From: a virus
Virus record (IMG/VR): IMGVR_UViG_3300045974_000760
Span: 64,001 to 128,000 of that record
Direction: 5' to 3' (one strand)
DNA: 64,000 bases
Of this stretch, positions 1 through 10,300 are shown piece after piece (the stretch's first letter is position 1; every line of letters starts with the position of its first letter). The notes under the pieces were generated by a model. That model did not search any database, had not been told where the DNA came from, and saw nothing but the letters and a program-made list of their open reading frames with translations. The position numbers were made by a program, and so were the translations under genes.

Positions 1-351
1 CCTGACCTGCCTTCTGCCAACCTGCCTGACTTGCTCTTCCCGTACATCGCTCGAGTCGAGTTCTCGCCCGCGCCTCCGTGGGATGTGCCTGCCGGTGGTT
101 TCATCCGCATCGATGCGGTTGCGTACCGAAGCGACGGGGCACCTACCGAGAACATCTCGGAGCATCTCACGTGGTACACGGACGACCAGAGCCTGGTGCG
201 TGTGGCGGTGGGGGCGAATCAAATCACTCTCGAGTCACCGAGCAACACGACAGGCACGACGCAGCTACAAGCGCGACCTGATGACCTCGGCATCGTGGTT
301 CTGCCCGTGCCCGTGCTTGCGGGCCTTCCTGCCACTGTACGGGTGGTCTGA
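1..351 (+). CDS. 3' part of a virion structural protein (Ig-like beta-rich), truncated by window start
   Basis: Frame open from base 1 (PDLPSANLPDLLFPYI...) to TGA 349-351. Confidence 0.6.
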   Translation, partial: PDLPSANLPDLLFPYIARVEFSPAPPWDVPAGGFIRIDAVAYRSDGAPTENISEHLTWYTDDQSLVRVAVGANQITLESPSNTTGTTQLQARPDDLGIVVLPVPVLAGLPATVRVV

Positions 352-353
352 CC

Positions 354-926
354 ATGAGCATCGCGCGCGCTCAACTACTGCTCGCCGGCATCGAGCTGTT
401 GCAGGAGGTGCACCGACAAGATCCCGGCTCGGTGTCGCCGCGCGCGCTGCTCCTCGTGCTGGGGTTGCCTGTCCCTCTTCCGCCGCCCAAAGAAGAGGAG
501 AAGCCAGCGGGGGAGCTGGGCTTGGATTGCCGGCGACTGCTGCTGGAGATTATGCGGCGAGCGGCATTCGATTGGGTGTTGTTCCGCAACCACCACAAGC
601 TCGCCAAGAAGAAGCTCGCCAAGGAAGCGTACGTGTGGCTCTTCAAGGAGGAGGTGGGTGACTACGCGTGGCAGACGCGCAAGGTTGAGGATCGCGAGCT
701 CACCTCCTTCCGTAGCATCTGCATGATGCTGGACCTCGACATCGAGGTGATGCGCGGGAAGTTCCGAGAGCTCACGCCTGCGCGAATACTCAACGCAGGG
801 CGGCCACCTGAGACGTCCCACACGTATGACCACGCAGCGGGAGTGGAGATACATCTCTCGGCGTCCTACGACCTCGAGGGGGATGGCGAAGATGACTTGT
901 TGTTCGGCGACTTGACGATGTCCTGA
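354..926 (+). CDS. Hypothetical phage protein
   Basis: 190-aa ORF with coding-like codon bias. Confidence 0.7.
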   Translation: MSIARAQLLLAGIELLQEVHRQDPGSVSPRALLLVLGLPVPLPPPKEEEKPAGELGLDCRRLLLEIMRRAAFDWVLFRNHHKLAKKKLAKEAYVWLFKEEVGDYAWQTRKVEDRELTSFRSICMMLDLDIEVMRGKFRELTPARILNAGRPPETSHTYDHAAGVEIHLSASYDLEGDGEDDLLFGDLTMS

Positions 927-985
927 AGTCCTGCGCGGAAGTGGGTATAAGCGCATTGTACCCACTCACTGTTTAGGAGACAGAC

Positions 986-1552
986 ATGGCAAAGTCGTTC
1001 CCGTTGGACCGTACACGCGTGGCCGCCGTCAACGCGGTGGACAAGAAGGGCCGGCCACGTTCGGCCAAGCAAATCGCAAAGAAGCTGCGCGAGCTGTCGG
1101 TCAGTTTCGAAGAGGAAGGCCGCCCGATGCAGGTGTTGCAGCTGCGCACAGGTGGCGTCATTTTGCTGGGTGGCCCCAGCGTGCGGGCGATCACTTTGGC
1201 GGAAGTACTGGGACCATCGCTTTCTCCGGAGCCCTCGCCACCGCCCGGGCACGAGAAGGCCTCCCACGAGAAGATGTTGCCGGAAGTTGCGGCATGGATG
1301 GCGGGTGTTGTGACTGCCGCACAGATGCAACCGGGGCTTTCCAAGAAGGAAGGGCTACGTGCTGTGACGCGCGTAGCTGAGTCTCGCTCCCGCTCCTTCC
1401 CGCGGGAGAAGAAAGAGGCGTACATTGCAGAGGTGCGGCGCTCCCTCGCAGTACACGACGATGTCTGCAGCGAAGAGGACTGCTTCACCGGTCCAATCTA
1501 CAAGGCGCTGATTGCTGGGCTCGAAGTATCCCTGAAAGCGAGTCTTTCATGA
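986..1552 (+). CDS. Hypothetical protein
   Basis: AGGAG SD; ATGA overlap with next gene. Confidence 0.7.
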   Translation: MAKSFPLDRTRVAAVNAVDKKGRPRSAKQIAKKLRELSVSFEEEGRPMQVLQLRTGGVILLGGPSVRAITLAEVLGPSLSPEPSPPPGHEKASHEKMLPEVAAWMAGVVTAAQMQPGLSKKEGLRAVTRVAESRSRSFPREKKEAYIAEVRRSLAVHDDVCSEEDCFTGPIYKALIAGLEVSLKASLS

Positions 1553-1971
1553 AGGTCGTGCATATCGCGCCGGAGAAGCACCGTGACCTAGCATTTGGCG
1601 TGGTCGCGCACGCACTGTCATTCATCGTACCCCTCAACATCCGCGTCATCATCTTCGAGCTCGCTTCGGTGAGCTTGAAGGCGGAGGGCGCATCGGATGC
1701 TGAGGTGCAGCGTCTTGGCGAGGAGCTCGCGGACTTCCTCCTTCCTGAACGCGAGGATGGCAAGTACGAAGCCATCAAGGACAACCCGAGGGTTGCCCCG
1801 CTGCTGGCACAGCTACTCGAAGAGCGGTTCCCTGGTTTTCTCCCAACCCCGAAGGCAAGGAGCAAGAAGCGTGAGCCCAAACCCAAACTCAAGTCACCAA
1901 CCAAGGGTAGATTATTACCCAAACGTCAGGCACGTTGTGGAGGGCATCGACAAGCTGCCCGGAGAGACTGA
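1549..1971 (+). CDS. Hypothetical protein
   Basis: ATGA coupling; tail overlaps next gene. Confidence 0.6.
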   Translation: MKVVHIAPEKHRDLAFGVVAHALSFIVPLNIRVIIFELASVSLKAEGASDAEVQRLGEELADFLLPEREDGKYEAIKDNPRVAPLLAQLLEERFPGFLPTPKARSKKREPKPKLKSPTKGRLLPKRQARCGGHRQAARRD

Positions 1972-2116
1972 GCACGTGGTGATGTTCACTGCCGATGGCA
2001 GAATGATTGTGGTGTGGCGCGAGGGCAAGGAGAGGAAGAGCTGCTTCTCCGGTCTGGTTCTTCTGTCGCTGAAGCGTGAGGGGATTGCGCTTCAGCACAT
2101 TGGCCCGGAGGCGTAG
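1871..2116 (+). CDS. Hypothetical protein
   Basis: GTG start after AAGGAG; ends TAG. Confidence 0.55.
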   Translation: MSPNPNSSHQPRVDYYPNVRHVVEGIDKLPGETEHVVMFTADGRMIVVWREGKERKSCFSGLVLLSLKREGIALQHIGPEA

Positions 2117-2661
2117 TGCGCATCCCGCGAACTGGGCGGGTGCGTGTGTTTGCAGTACAGGCGGACCGCACCCTCAAGCATTGGAGCGATACACGATACG
2201 GGGCAGCGGGAGGGGCGCTGTTCGTACTGCAGACCATCTGTTACGAGAAGGGCATCACGGTACCTCCGCTGCGCACCGAGGCGCGGGTACCTGCCATGAC
2301 GAAGCTACTGCACAAGGGTGATGTTGGCGCACGTGCCGTTGATTCGCTTTCGCCGTATCAGCGGGGGCTGGTTCGGCTTGTACATCCGGACCACGGACAG
2401 CGCTATATCCGGCGCGAGGACATCCCGCTTGCCTGTGCCATGCTGTACAAGCGGTTCACGACCTACTACGGTCTGCTTGAGCCCGCGCCGCTGCTACCGT
2501 GGATTGTGTCGCAGCTGTGGGAGATCTACCACGCAGAGCAGTTCGGGGCGGCAATCCAGTGGGGGTACAAGACGCCCATCTGGGAGGAGCTCCTCGAAGC
2601 AAAGACGCCCGTAACGTTGGCAAGTGGCGTATCGGCGTGGAGGACGGAGGATAGGCGGTGA
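2116..2661 (+). CDS. Hypothetical protein
   Basis: 181-aa ORF coupled to previous stop. Confidence 0.65.
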   Translation: MRIPRTGRVRVFAVQADRTLKHWSDTRYGAAGGALFVLQTICYEKGITVPPLRTEARVPAMTKLLHKGDVGARAVDSLSPYQRGLVRLVHPDHGQRYIRREDIPLACAMLYKRFTTYYGLLEPAPLLPWIVSQLWEIYHAEQFGAAIQWGYKTPIWEELLEAKTPVTLASGVSAWRTEDRR

Positions 2662-2713
2662 AGCACGGCAAGCTCGACATGTACGGCGTCGAGCTGCCAT
2701 GCTTTTTAGCCTC

Positions 2714-5700
2714 ATGTCCTTCACCGCCGATGAAGTAGATGCCGCCGTTCAGAAGCTCGTCCAAGTCTCACTTCAGGTGAAGATGGATGCGACTGGCGCT
2801 CGACGTACGAGCGACACGTACGACGAGCTGATGTCCACAGCCGCGGGCCTCTTTCTCCTCTTCCCATTCGCCCCGCTCTACATCTTGTACCTCGCAGATG
2901 TGCGGCTGCGTACCCTCATCAAGACGCAGGTCGAGCAGGTCACCAAGCTACAGACCGCGCTCATCGCAGCAGCTCGCGCCGTCACACCCATCGAGGACAT
3001 CAGCGCGCTGAGTGAGGCGCGTGTTGCGCTCTCCGAGCTCGAAGGAGCTGCGGGCTCCCGCACCTCGACCTTCACCGACACTTCGACGCTGCCGGCGTAC
3101 CAACGGTTTCAGACACAAGCAGCTCGCTTTCTCGCGGGCCCGGCTCAGGTGGTGAAGTACGGCAACGACATCGTACAGACACCCCAAGAAGCACGCGCCT
3201 CCATCCCCGCGCTCGTGCTCGCCATCAAGACCACGCAGCTCGAGCTGCAGCGCAAGGCCACGCTACTCGCGGCCGGATACGCCGACTACGAGAGCTTGAA
3301 GCTCCCCTCCCGCCTCACGCGCTCCATGCTGCAGAAGGCGCGGACCACACTACAAGACCACGAGACTCGTCTCGCCTCACAGACACCACAAGAGCGGTTG
3401 TCGACGATGAGGAACGTGACGCTCGATGTGCTCGCCACCAAGGCAGCGGTAGCTACCACCGCTGCCTTCACCCCGTTGTCTGGCTTCCACAACATCGCAG
3501 GCACCGGCTCACCTCTCGGGGATGCAGCACACCCTGCAAATCCCGCCAGCCTCACAGCCAGTGTTGCGAGCCCCTACCCTATCGCCCAAGGCACGTCCTC
3601 CTCTCTCGAGGTGTGGGTAGATGGCGCGGTCTCTGCCAGCGAGACACTCGAGCTCAATCCCGCAACCACACCTGAGTTCATTGGCACAGTACCCGAGCCC
3701 TTCGAGATTGATGTCGCGAGCTCCCCCTTCACGTACAGCGTCACGCTCAGCGGTACGACGTACAGCTTCACGCATGACCTGACCGCGCTTGTGGGTTCAG
3801 GTTCGCGTCTCGCAGAGGAGGTGGCCAACGTCCTCAACCCGCTCATCGCGAGTTGCAACATCGCGTTCTCACCGGTGTTCAACGCGCTCAAGCTCGCAGG
3901 CATCACCACCCTCCTCACCGACGGGGGGATGGTAGGCGGGGATTGGACCCTCACCTTCGAATCCTTCGGCGCGAACTTCATCAATCAGGCGGTGGTGGTC
4001 GGGGACACCATCCTGCTCGAGGCCGCTGTAAGTGCAGGTCTTGGCGCGCTCGAGCACACAGCATGGACGGTGACATCGGTCTATCCGCTCGGTGTCAACC
4101 AGCACCGCATCATCGCCAAGCGCACACAGGCCTCCTTCGTCCTGCCCGCCTCCCCGCACAACATCAACTTCCGCATCGGCGACAAGAAGCAGCTGCAGCT
4201 CGGCCCGCTTGATGTACCGCTCGCCATCACGCAGGACATGGTCATCGCCATCGCGCCGGGCGCTACCAATACCGGCGCTACTACCGTGGGGATGCTGCCT
4301 GGCCTCACGCTCTCAGTAGGGCGCGTGGCTGCCAGTGACCTGATGGCCGACATCAACAGCAAGGCCAAGAAGTGCAAGGCCTCTGTCTCCTTCGTTCCCA
4401 CGCGCACCACGTCCTTCTATGGGTACTCGGACCCCAACGACCCAACCACGCTCGCGCTCTCTTACCTCAACCGCACCTTCCGAACCCTCACCGCAGGTGC
4501 GAGCACGTTCACGCTCAGTGTGCCTGATGCCGACCTTCTCGGGCTTGATGTTACGGTCGGCGATTACGTCACGCTGCGCTCGGGCGTGGACCTCGGTGAT
4601 AGCTTCCCTGTGAGTAGCGTGGATGCGCACACCATCACGTGCACTGGTACGCCAACGAGCGGGCTTGTGCAGTTCGACGTCAGCCCTGACCTCACCGCAC
4701 TCGCGGCCATCAACGACGTGGTCTCGGTGACAGAGGGGCCCAACACACTCCAATACGTTGTGCGGGCACAAGGACTGCGCCGCACCGAGCTCGTTCTGCA
4801 GACCGCACTGCCCAGCTTCAAGGACCCAAGTACGGGCAGCGCCATCGAGTTCCGTGGCGTGCTCGGCAAGACCCTCATCACCCTTGCCTCCCTCGATAAG
4901 ACCACCAAGTCCGCCATCCAGCTGCGCGGGCCCGCCTCCACACTCTTCAATCCCACCTACCCCATGAGTAGCTACGTGTTCGGGGCAACACCCTGGGTCA
5001 AGCTCCCCATCCTTCCTCGCGCCCTCGAGGCAGGTGATGTGCTCGAGCAGTACGGCTCCGACTACCAGCTCCCTGACAGTACGCACACCATCATCGATGT
5101 CGACCGGGCCAACAAGGGCATCAAGCTCGCGACCCCGGTGGATACGCAAGTCGCGCTCTCCTTCGTCGACCAAGAGCCGCCCTTCGCCAAGGTGCGTATC
5201 GCCAAGCATGCCGACTTCCAGACGCTCTCCACCGCGCTCACTGCGTGGCTCGCGCGGGAGGAGAACCAGAGCAACTACTTCGCCAACCTCAACGCGCTGC
5301 TCAACCCCATCCTGCTCAACGTCAACCCCACCTACGAGCAGACAGGCACAGCCGCGAACTCCGTGGCCATCCTCGCGGCGGGCCTCACGCCTGCCTTCGC
5401 TACCTCACTCGATGCTGACCCCGCGGTCTCCGTCGACTACGCGCTCGCAGCCTACACCGCCGACCCAATCCGTGAGGTGGACGCGCTGCTGCGAGCTCTA
5501 CGAGAGCGGGGAGCAGCACGCGCCTCAGACCTCCTCCTCGAGGGACAGTTCACCACGTTCTTCGGCATCCCCGCCGAGGAGGCTACGTACGCAGGCAAGA
5601 TGTCCTCTGACGTACGAGCGGTGACGCGTGAAGACCTCGTGGTTCGCCGCACTACCTCGAACGCCAAGGCATCTCAGCGCCTCATGGCTTCTGTGCCTGA

Positions 5701-5824
5701 CGAGGACCTCGGCTCCACCCTCGGCGATATCGATACAACGCCCGGCCCCGATGTCCCGGTCTCAGGTGCGAGCTCGGGCATGCCCGACTTCTTCGGCTCG
5801 GCAGACAACACGCCAGAGACCTGA
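2714..5824 (+). CDS. Large putative virion (tail/baseplate-associated) protein
   Basis: About 1036 aa, helical ends and beta-rich T/S/V core; start may be 2699 or 2714. Confidence 0.65.
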   Translation: MSFTADEVDAAVQKLVQVSLQVKMDATGARRTSDTYDELMSTAAGLFLLFPFAPLYILYLADVRLRTLIKTQVEQVTKLQTALIAAARAVTPIEDISALSEARVALSELEGAAGSRTSTFTDTSTLPAYQRFQTQAARFLAGPAQVVKYGNDIVQTPQEARASIPALVLAIKTTQLELQRKATLLAAGYADYESLKLPSRLTRSMLQKARTTLQDHETRLASQTPQERLSTMRNVTLDVLATKAAVATTAAFTPLSGFHNIAGTGSPLGDAAHPANPASLTASVASPYPIAQGTSSSLEVWVDGAVSASETLELNPATTPEFIGTVPEPFEIDVASSPFTYSVTLSGTTYSFTHDLTALVGSGSRLAEEVANVLNPLIASCNIAFSPVFNALKLAGITTLLTDGGMVGGDWTLTFESFGANFINQAVVVGDTILLEAAVSAGLGALEHTAWTVTSVYPLGVNQHRIIAKRTQASFVLPASPHNINFRIGDKKQLQLGPLDVPLAITQDMVIAIAPGATNTGATTVGMLPGLTLSVGRVAASDLMADINSKAKKCKASVSFVPTRTTSFYGYSDPNDPTTLALSYLNRTFRTLTAGASTFTLSVPDADLLGLDVTVGDYVTLRSGVDLGDSFPVSSVDAHTITCTGTPTSGLVQFDVSPDLTALAAINDVVSVTEGPNTLQYVVRAQGLRRTELVLQTALPSFKDPSTGSAIEFRGVLGKTLITLASLDKTTKSAIQLRGPASTLFNPTYPMSSYVFGATPWVKLPILPRALEAGDVLEQYGSDYQLPDSTHTIIDVDRANKGIKLATPVDTQVALSFVDQEPPFAKVRIAKHADFQTLSTALTAWLAREENQSNYFANLNALLNPILLNVNPTYEQTGTAANSVAILAAGLTPAFATSLDADPAVSVDYALAAYTADPIREVDALLRALRERGAARASDLLLEGQFTTFFGIPAEEATYAGKMSSDVRAVTREDLVVRRTTSNAKASQRLMASVPDEDLGSTLGDIDTTPGPDVPVSGASSGMPDFFGSADNTPET

Positions 5825-5851
5825 AAATATCACGCGGCTTGTGGGGATAAG
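5824..5851 (+). promoter_or_regulatory. Phage promoter-like motif AAT-N18-ATAAG (GGGATAAG)
   Basis: aaaatatcacgcggcttgtggggataag; recurs about 10 times upstream of gene blocks. Confidence 0.65.
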
Positions 5852-5939
5852 TGATGTGACTCGCCCCTACGCTGCGGTCTGCAATCTGTAGTTCTACTCG
5901 AGGAAAGTTGACACTCTTCAACAGGAGGGACACGAAGCA

Positions 5940-6284
5940 ATGAACCGTAGACCAAAGCCGTTTAGCACGGGCGAGCCGACAGCACTGGGTGCGTTTTTCC
6001 AGCGTGTTTTCGATGTTCTCGAGCAGCAGGGCGGGGCCAAGTCGGAGCAGCGCGGTGCGTTCGTGCAGTACATGGAAGCCACGCCGCCCTACGCGCGCTG
6101 CAGTATTCCCTTGAAGGGACTACTGGGAGTGAACGCGACGTTCCACCGGGGTGTGGTCGGCGGGCTCTACATCTCGTTGCCTGACGCACAAGAAACACCA
6201 GCGCGACGGGACAAGCAGCGCGAGATGGGCAAAGCGCTACGCCCGATGCACCAAGAGTGGCTTGAGCTCATCGGCAACGCCTGA
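5940..6284 (+). CDS. Hypothetical protein
   Basis: AGGAGG SD. Confidence 0.65.
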   Translation: MNRRPKPFSTGEPTALGAFFQRVFDVLEQQGGAKSEQRGAFVQYMEATPPYARCSIPLKGLLGVNATFHRGVVGGLYISLPDAQETPARRDKQREMGKALRPMHQEWLELIGNA

Positions 6285-6439
6285 TGCGTATCTCGTTTCA
6301 CTCACTAGCTCATGCCCCCTGGCCGGTACTACACAGGCTGGCCCGCCATCTTCAACTTCAACGAATACCCGCCAGAGACACGCCGAAGAATAGGCTTCAG
6401 CTCGTCATGGCGATTTACCTCAGCATCACAGAGGAGTAG
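6284..6439 (+). CDS. Small hypothetical protein (51 aa, not in ORF track)
   Basis: TGATG overlap; MRISFHSLAHAPW...ITEE then TAG. Confidence 0.5.
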   Translation: MRISFHSLAHAPWPVLHRLARHLQLQRIPARDTPKNRLQLVMAIYLSITEE

Positions 6440-6447
6440 GGGATTAC

Positions 6448-6846
6448 ATGCACACAACCAAAGTCGAGTTCATGCGAGACAGGCGAGAGCCCGGCGGGGG
6501 CTTCAACTGCCGTCTCGAACTCCACGGCTCAATGCTTCTGCTCTTCGTCGACGACAGCCTCGAGGCATTGGTCAACTTTCACGCGTTCACGCGAGTCGTG
6601 GCGTGGGACGCGTACCCTGATGACTCGGACGTCGATGGAGGCAACCACGTTGTGTACTTCGAGGGTGATGGCGTCGATACGTTCTACGTCGAGGCGCTGC
6701 CCGGGCATACGTCAGCAATCCTGGCGGCCTGCGCGCTGCACATCATCGGCACGACGTCGTCCGAGGCGTTTGACACCGAGCTCGTTACGCGCCTGGAGGC
6801 GCTTCGTGTTGCAGGCTCCGTGGAAGAAAAGGAACAAGCCAAATGA
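6448..6846 (+). CDS. Hypothetical protein
   Basis: GAGGAG SD. Confidence 0.65.
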   Translation: MHTTKVEFMRDRREPGGGFNCRLELHGSMLLLFVDDSLEALVNFHAFTRVVAWDAYPDDSDVDGGNHVVYFEGDGVDTFYVEALPGHTSAILAACALHIIGTTSSEAFDTELVTRLEALRVAGSVEEKEQAK

Positions 6847-7466
6847 GTGATGACCCGAACTACAACGAGGCTGCGGTACTGCGCGAGAGCATTCAAGGCC
6901 GCTTCGAGGCATTGAAGGCAGCGGTGAAGGCGGGGCTTGTGCTCACTCTCACCAACAAGGAGGGGCACATGGCAACGGGCGGCGGGATGTTCGTCGAGAC
7001 CCTGCCCGACATCGTGTCGAGAGAGGGCATGGCCCTCATGGGGTACCGCTTCGTCGACACGGCGGATGGTGACACCATCATGGAGCCGTCGAATCGCGCT
7101 GCTCGTGGCGCGCTCAAGCTCCTTCAGACTGAGGTCCCTACGCCCGCTACATGCAGCGCGGCTGAGGAGATTCGTAAGAAGGGCAACATCGTAGGTGCGG
7201 GCGGCTGGGACATGCTGAGGGGCGCCGAGCTTCCCGTCACGGATGTCACCCCGGAGCCGGCGCCGGAGCTAGGTCAGCGTGATCACACGTTGCGCATGGA
7301 TGAAGACGACCTCCGCGAGCTCTTGCACGAGCTCAGGCATCTGCGCGCCCAACGCACCGAGCTGCAGAAGCACAACACGGCGTACCACGACCAAGTCGTG
7401 GAGCTGAAGAATCGCATCAGGGAGCTTGAGTCGCGTGTCGGCGTGGATACCGAGACGGGAGCGTAA
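6843..7466 (+). CDS. Hypothetical protein with C-terminal coiled coil
   Basis: ATGA coupling; LRELLHELRHLRAQRTELQK. Confidence 0.65.
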   Translation: MSDDPNYNEAAVLRESIQGRFEALKAAVKAGLVLTLTNKEGHMATGGGMFVETLPDIVSREGMALMGYRFVDTADGDTIMEPSNRAARGALKLLQTEVPTPATCSAAEEIRKKGNIVGAGGWDMLRGAELPVTDVTPEPAPELGQRDHTLRMDEDDLRELLHELRHLRAQRTELQKHNTAYHDQVVELKNRIRELESRVGVDTETGA

Positions 7467-7944
7467 ACACGTCCCCTCGAAGGCCACTCTCCTTTTGCGG
7501 GAGTGGTACGAGCAGAAGTACAACGTGAAGGTGGACTGGGCGGCGCGCGAGCCTGTGTTCGGTATCGTTGCTGCCGCTGCGCGTCTTGGTGTGAGCATGC
7601 CCGCGTTGTACAACTGGCTGCACGGGGCGGTCCCCTACATCGACATGCGTATCCTGCTCGAGCAGGAGATGGGCATCCCCCTCACTGCATGGCCATCGAC
7701 GCGCGGGTTCGAGCGACGGGACTTGCTCAAGGATGTGTCGGGGACGCGCGTGGACCATGTTCTCGTGCTCTGCCGTAGTCCGAGACGGGCACAAGAGAAG
7801 CAGGCGTTCTTCGACGCGCTCTGCGACTGCGGTAACTTCTTCCGCGTAGGTAGTGCGGTGGTGCGGTACGAGCGGCGACTGCCCTTCGTGTGTACGCGCT
7901 GCCACAAGTACCGCACCAAGCAGTACGACAAGCTGTCCGCGTAG
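7426..7944 (+). CDS. XRE-like HTH protein with a Zn-binding CDCG...CxxC module
   Basis: AAARLGVSMPALYNWLHG helix-turn-helix; DVSGTRV...LCDCGN...CTRC. Confidence 0.6.
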   Translation: MSRVSAWIPRRERKHVPSKATLLLREWYEQKYNVKVDWAAREPVFGIVAAAARLGVSMPALYNWLHGAVPYIDMRILLEQEMGIPLTAWPSTRGFERRDLLKDVSGTRVDHVLVLCRSPRRAQEKQAFFDALCDCGNFFRVGSAVVRYERRLPFVCTRCHKYRTKQYDKLSA

Positions 7945-7952
7945 TTTCAATC

Positions 7953-7987
7953 GAAGGCCCGGCACTCAATCCGGGCCTTCTTCATTT
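7953..7987 (+). terminator. Intrinsic terminator-like hairpin
   Basis: gaaggcccgg...ccgggccttc followed by ttcattt. Confidence 0.5.
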
Positions 7988-7999
7988 CAGGAGATACAC

Positions 8000-8533
8000 A
8001 TGTTCAAGCCTTATCCCCTCACCATCGTGCTTCGCGGTCTCCCCGGTTCTGGTAAGTCCACCCTCGCAAAGAAGTTGAAAGAGATGCTGCGCGGGATGGG
8101 GTTGACCGTTGTCATCGTGAGCGCGGACGACCACTTCACCGCCCCGGATGGGCAGTACACGTACGTGCCTAGTGAGATTGGCAACGCGCACCAATCCTGC
8201 TGGACCAGGTTCTACGGCTTCGTATCGAGCGATTACTTCCCCGACGTCATCATCGTGGATAACACCAACGTCCACGAGGGGGAGATTGCTCCCTACGTTC
8301 TCCCCTCCGAGTGCAATGGGTTCAGGGTCGTCATCGTTTCGGTGGACGCGGAAGGCGCGTCTGCTGAAGAGCTGGCAAAGCGCACGTTGCACGGCGTGCC
8401 GCAGGCGGTGATAGCGCGAATGGCAACGGAAGGTGCGTGGGCAACGCTTCCGCCGTACTGGAAGACGTTGAAGGCGACCGTCAACACGGACCCGGGCGAG
8501 CTCTTCAAGGCCGCGCAGGAGCTGGTGTCCTGA
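8000..8533 (+). CDS. P-loop kinase (AAA_33 / N4BP2-like polynucleotide kinase)
   Basis: LRGLPGSGKST Walker A, VSADDHF, IIVDNTN, HGVP motifs. Confidence 0.85.
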   Translation: MFKPYPLTIVLRGLPGSGKSTLAKKLKEMLRGMGLTVVIVSADDHFTAPDGQYTYVPSEIGNAHQSCWTRFYGFVSSDYFPDVIIVDNTNVHEGEIAPYVLPSECNGFRVVIVSVDAEGASAEELAKRTLHGVPQAVIARMATEGAWATLPPYWKTLKATVNTDPGELFKAAQELVS

Positions 8534-8712
8534 TGGACCCTACCGAAACGCTCAACATCATGCTCGACAGGGCCAAGGTCTTGCTCGAGATGTACGACCA
8601 GGAGCAGGACATGCCCGATGAGGCACACGAGCTCGCAGAGGCTGTACAACACCTCGATGAGTGGTTGTCGAAAGGCGGTTTCCTACCAAGCCAATGGACA
8701 CCAAAGACCTGA
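8533..8712 (+). CDS. Small hypothetical protein
   Basis: TGATG overlap; LDEWLSKGGFLPSQW. Confidence 0.6.
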   Translation: MDPTETLNIMLDRAKVLLEMYDQEQDMPDEAHELAEAVQHLDEWLSKGGFLPSQWTPKT

Positions 8713-9026
8713 AGCCCCTCTCCCGCAAAGAGAGGGAAGTACTGAAGGTGGCCAGGGCACTCCATCTGCGACTGGGTGCCCCGCCCACTTTCAGCCAGCT
8801 GCGGACTGAGCTAGGCAAGGACGGGACGAACCACGTCTACGCGAGGGTCTACAGCATACGGGGCAAGGGCCACGAAATCCCCGTACTACCGCCCTTCGCT
8901 CTGTCACAAGACACCAGGCTACGTGAGTGCAGGGCGCTTGTGCGGCAATGGCGGGAGGACCCAACCATCGAGCCTGTGGATGTGCTCACGCTGATTGCCG
9001 AGCTACTCGAGCCGGGGAAGCAATGA
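8694..9026 (+). CDS. LexA N-terminal-like winged-helix protein
   Basis: LSRKEREVL...GAPPTFSQLRTELG. Confidence 0.5.
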   Translation: MDTKDLKPLSRKEREVLKVARALHLRLGAPPTFSQLRTELGKDGTNHVYARVYSIRGKGHEIPVLPPFALSQDTRLRECRALVRQWREDPTIEPVDVLTLIAELLEPGKQ

Positions 9027-9170
9027 ACGGGGGCCCGCAAGTCATTGCCGTACTGCGACGGGCCAACACAATCTGCCTTGCCAAGCGCGCACAACGTGTC
9101 TTGGCGAGGCAGGTAGCACCTGCGCTATTCGCTATCCTCCTCATCGCAGCTGGTGCAAGGAACAAGGAAG

Positions 9171-10300
9171 ATGAAGCCCAGCTCCCTGTTTTACGTGACG
9201 ACGTTCTGCAACTTCGCGCACAGGTTGAAGGACGGCAAGCCGATAGAACACGAGTGCCACATCCTGCCCAAGGACGCGCTCAAGGCAGAGATGAACGACG
9301 ACATCGATGAGGCGATGAACATCATCGACAACAACCGCCCTCTGCCCATCCACCCCGGCGTACGAAACCCAAACACAAGGAAGAACAAGAGTCATGGCTA
9401 GGCACGACCGGTATGAAGTCATCGGCAAGGACCTGTTCGAGCAGGGCGGCTATGACTGGATGGAGCACTTCACGCACAACATCGAACAGGCCGTAGAAGA
9501 GTATGCCTCTGCGGTGTTTGCCGAGGCAGATGCTGGTGACGAGTGGGAGTACACCATCTTGGCCAAAGGCAAGGACGGTGTTGTGCGCACGTTCAAGGTC
9601 AAAGCCCGTACGGAGTTCGACATCGTAGAGGAGGACGAAGACGAATGAAGACCTACAACAAGCTGACAGTCAGTGTGTCGATGGGCGACGAAGCGCTGGA
9701 CACGCCCGAGAAGGCACAGCTCTTCCTCGTCGATAGGCTCGGCTCCGTTGTACTTCCTGAAGAGAGCGGGTCGATTATCTGCCGGGACGTGAACGGCAAT
9801 ACACAGACCATCGAGATCGACTACGACGTTGATGAGGAAGAAGAAGAGGACGATGGGATGAATGAGTACAGGGTCACCGTCGTAGAGACGCGTAAGGTGA
9901 CTTGCGAGTACATCGTGCGCGCCGCTGACGACCTCGCCGCTCAGGACAAGGCAAAGAAAGGGGAGTGTGAAGAGTCAGATGACCTCTCCATCGATGAGGT
10001 GATCGATAGGGAGGTAGAGAGCGTCGAGGAGAACACTCCAGCGTCATGACCGCAGTAGAGATGCCGCCTGACATGCTCGAGGCCATACGAGATGCCGACT
10101 TCGACATGCTCGAGGCGTACTACTTGTACTGCAGCTTCTACCACGGCGGGCAGTGGACGGATGAGTACAAGTGGCTCTCGCACCTCACCTCAAGCGGGTT
10201 CAAAATCTCACCTCTTCGGACGATTGAGAATGCGTCTGAGGAGGTGAAGGCGCTGTACAACATGCTGTGTTGGAGGTACCAGCCCGATGACGCAGGCTGA
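9171..10300 (+). other. Run of small acidic hypothetical CDSs (9171-9401, 9394-9648, 9645-10049, 10046-10300)
   Basis: Translationally coupled ORFs. Confidence 0.6.
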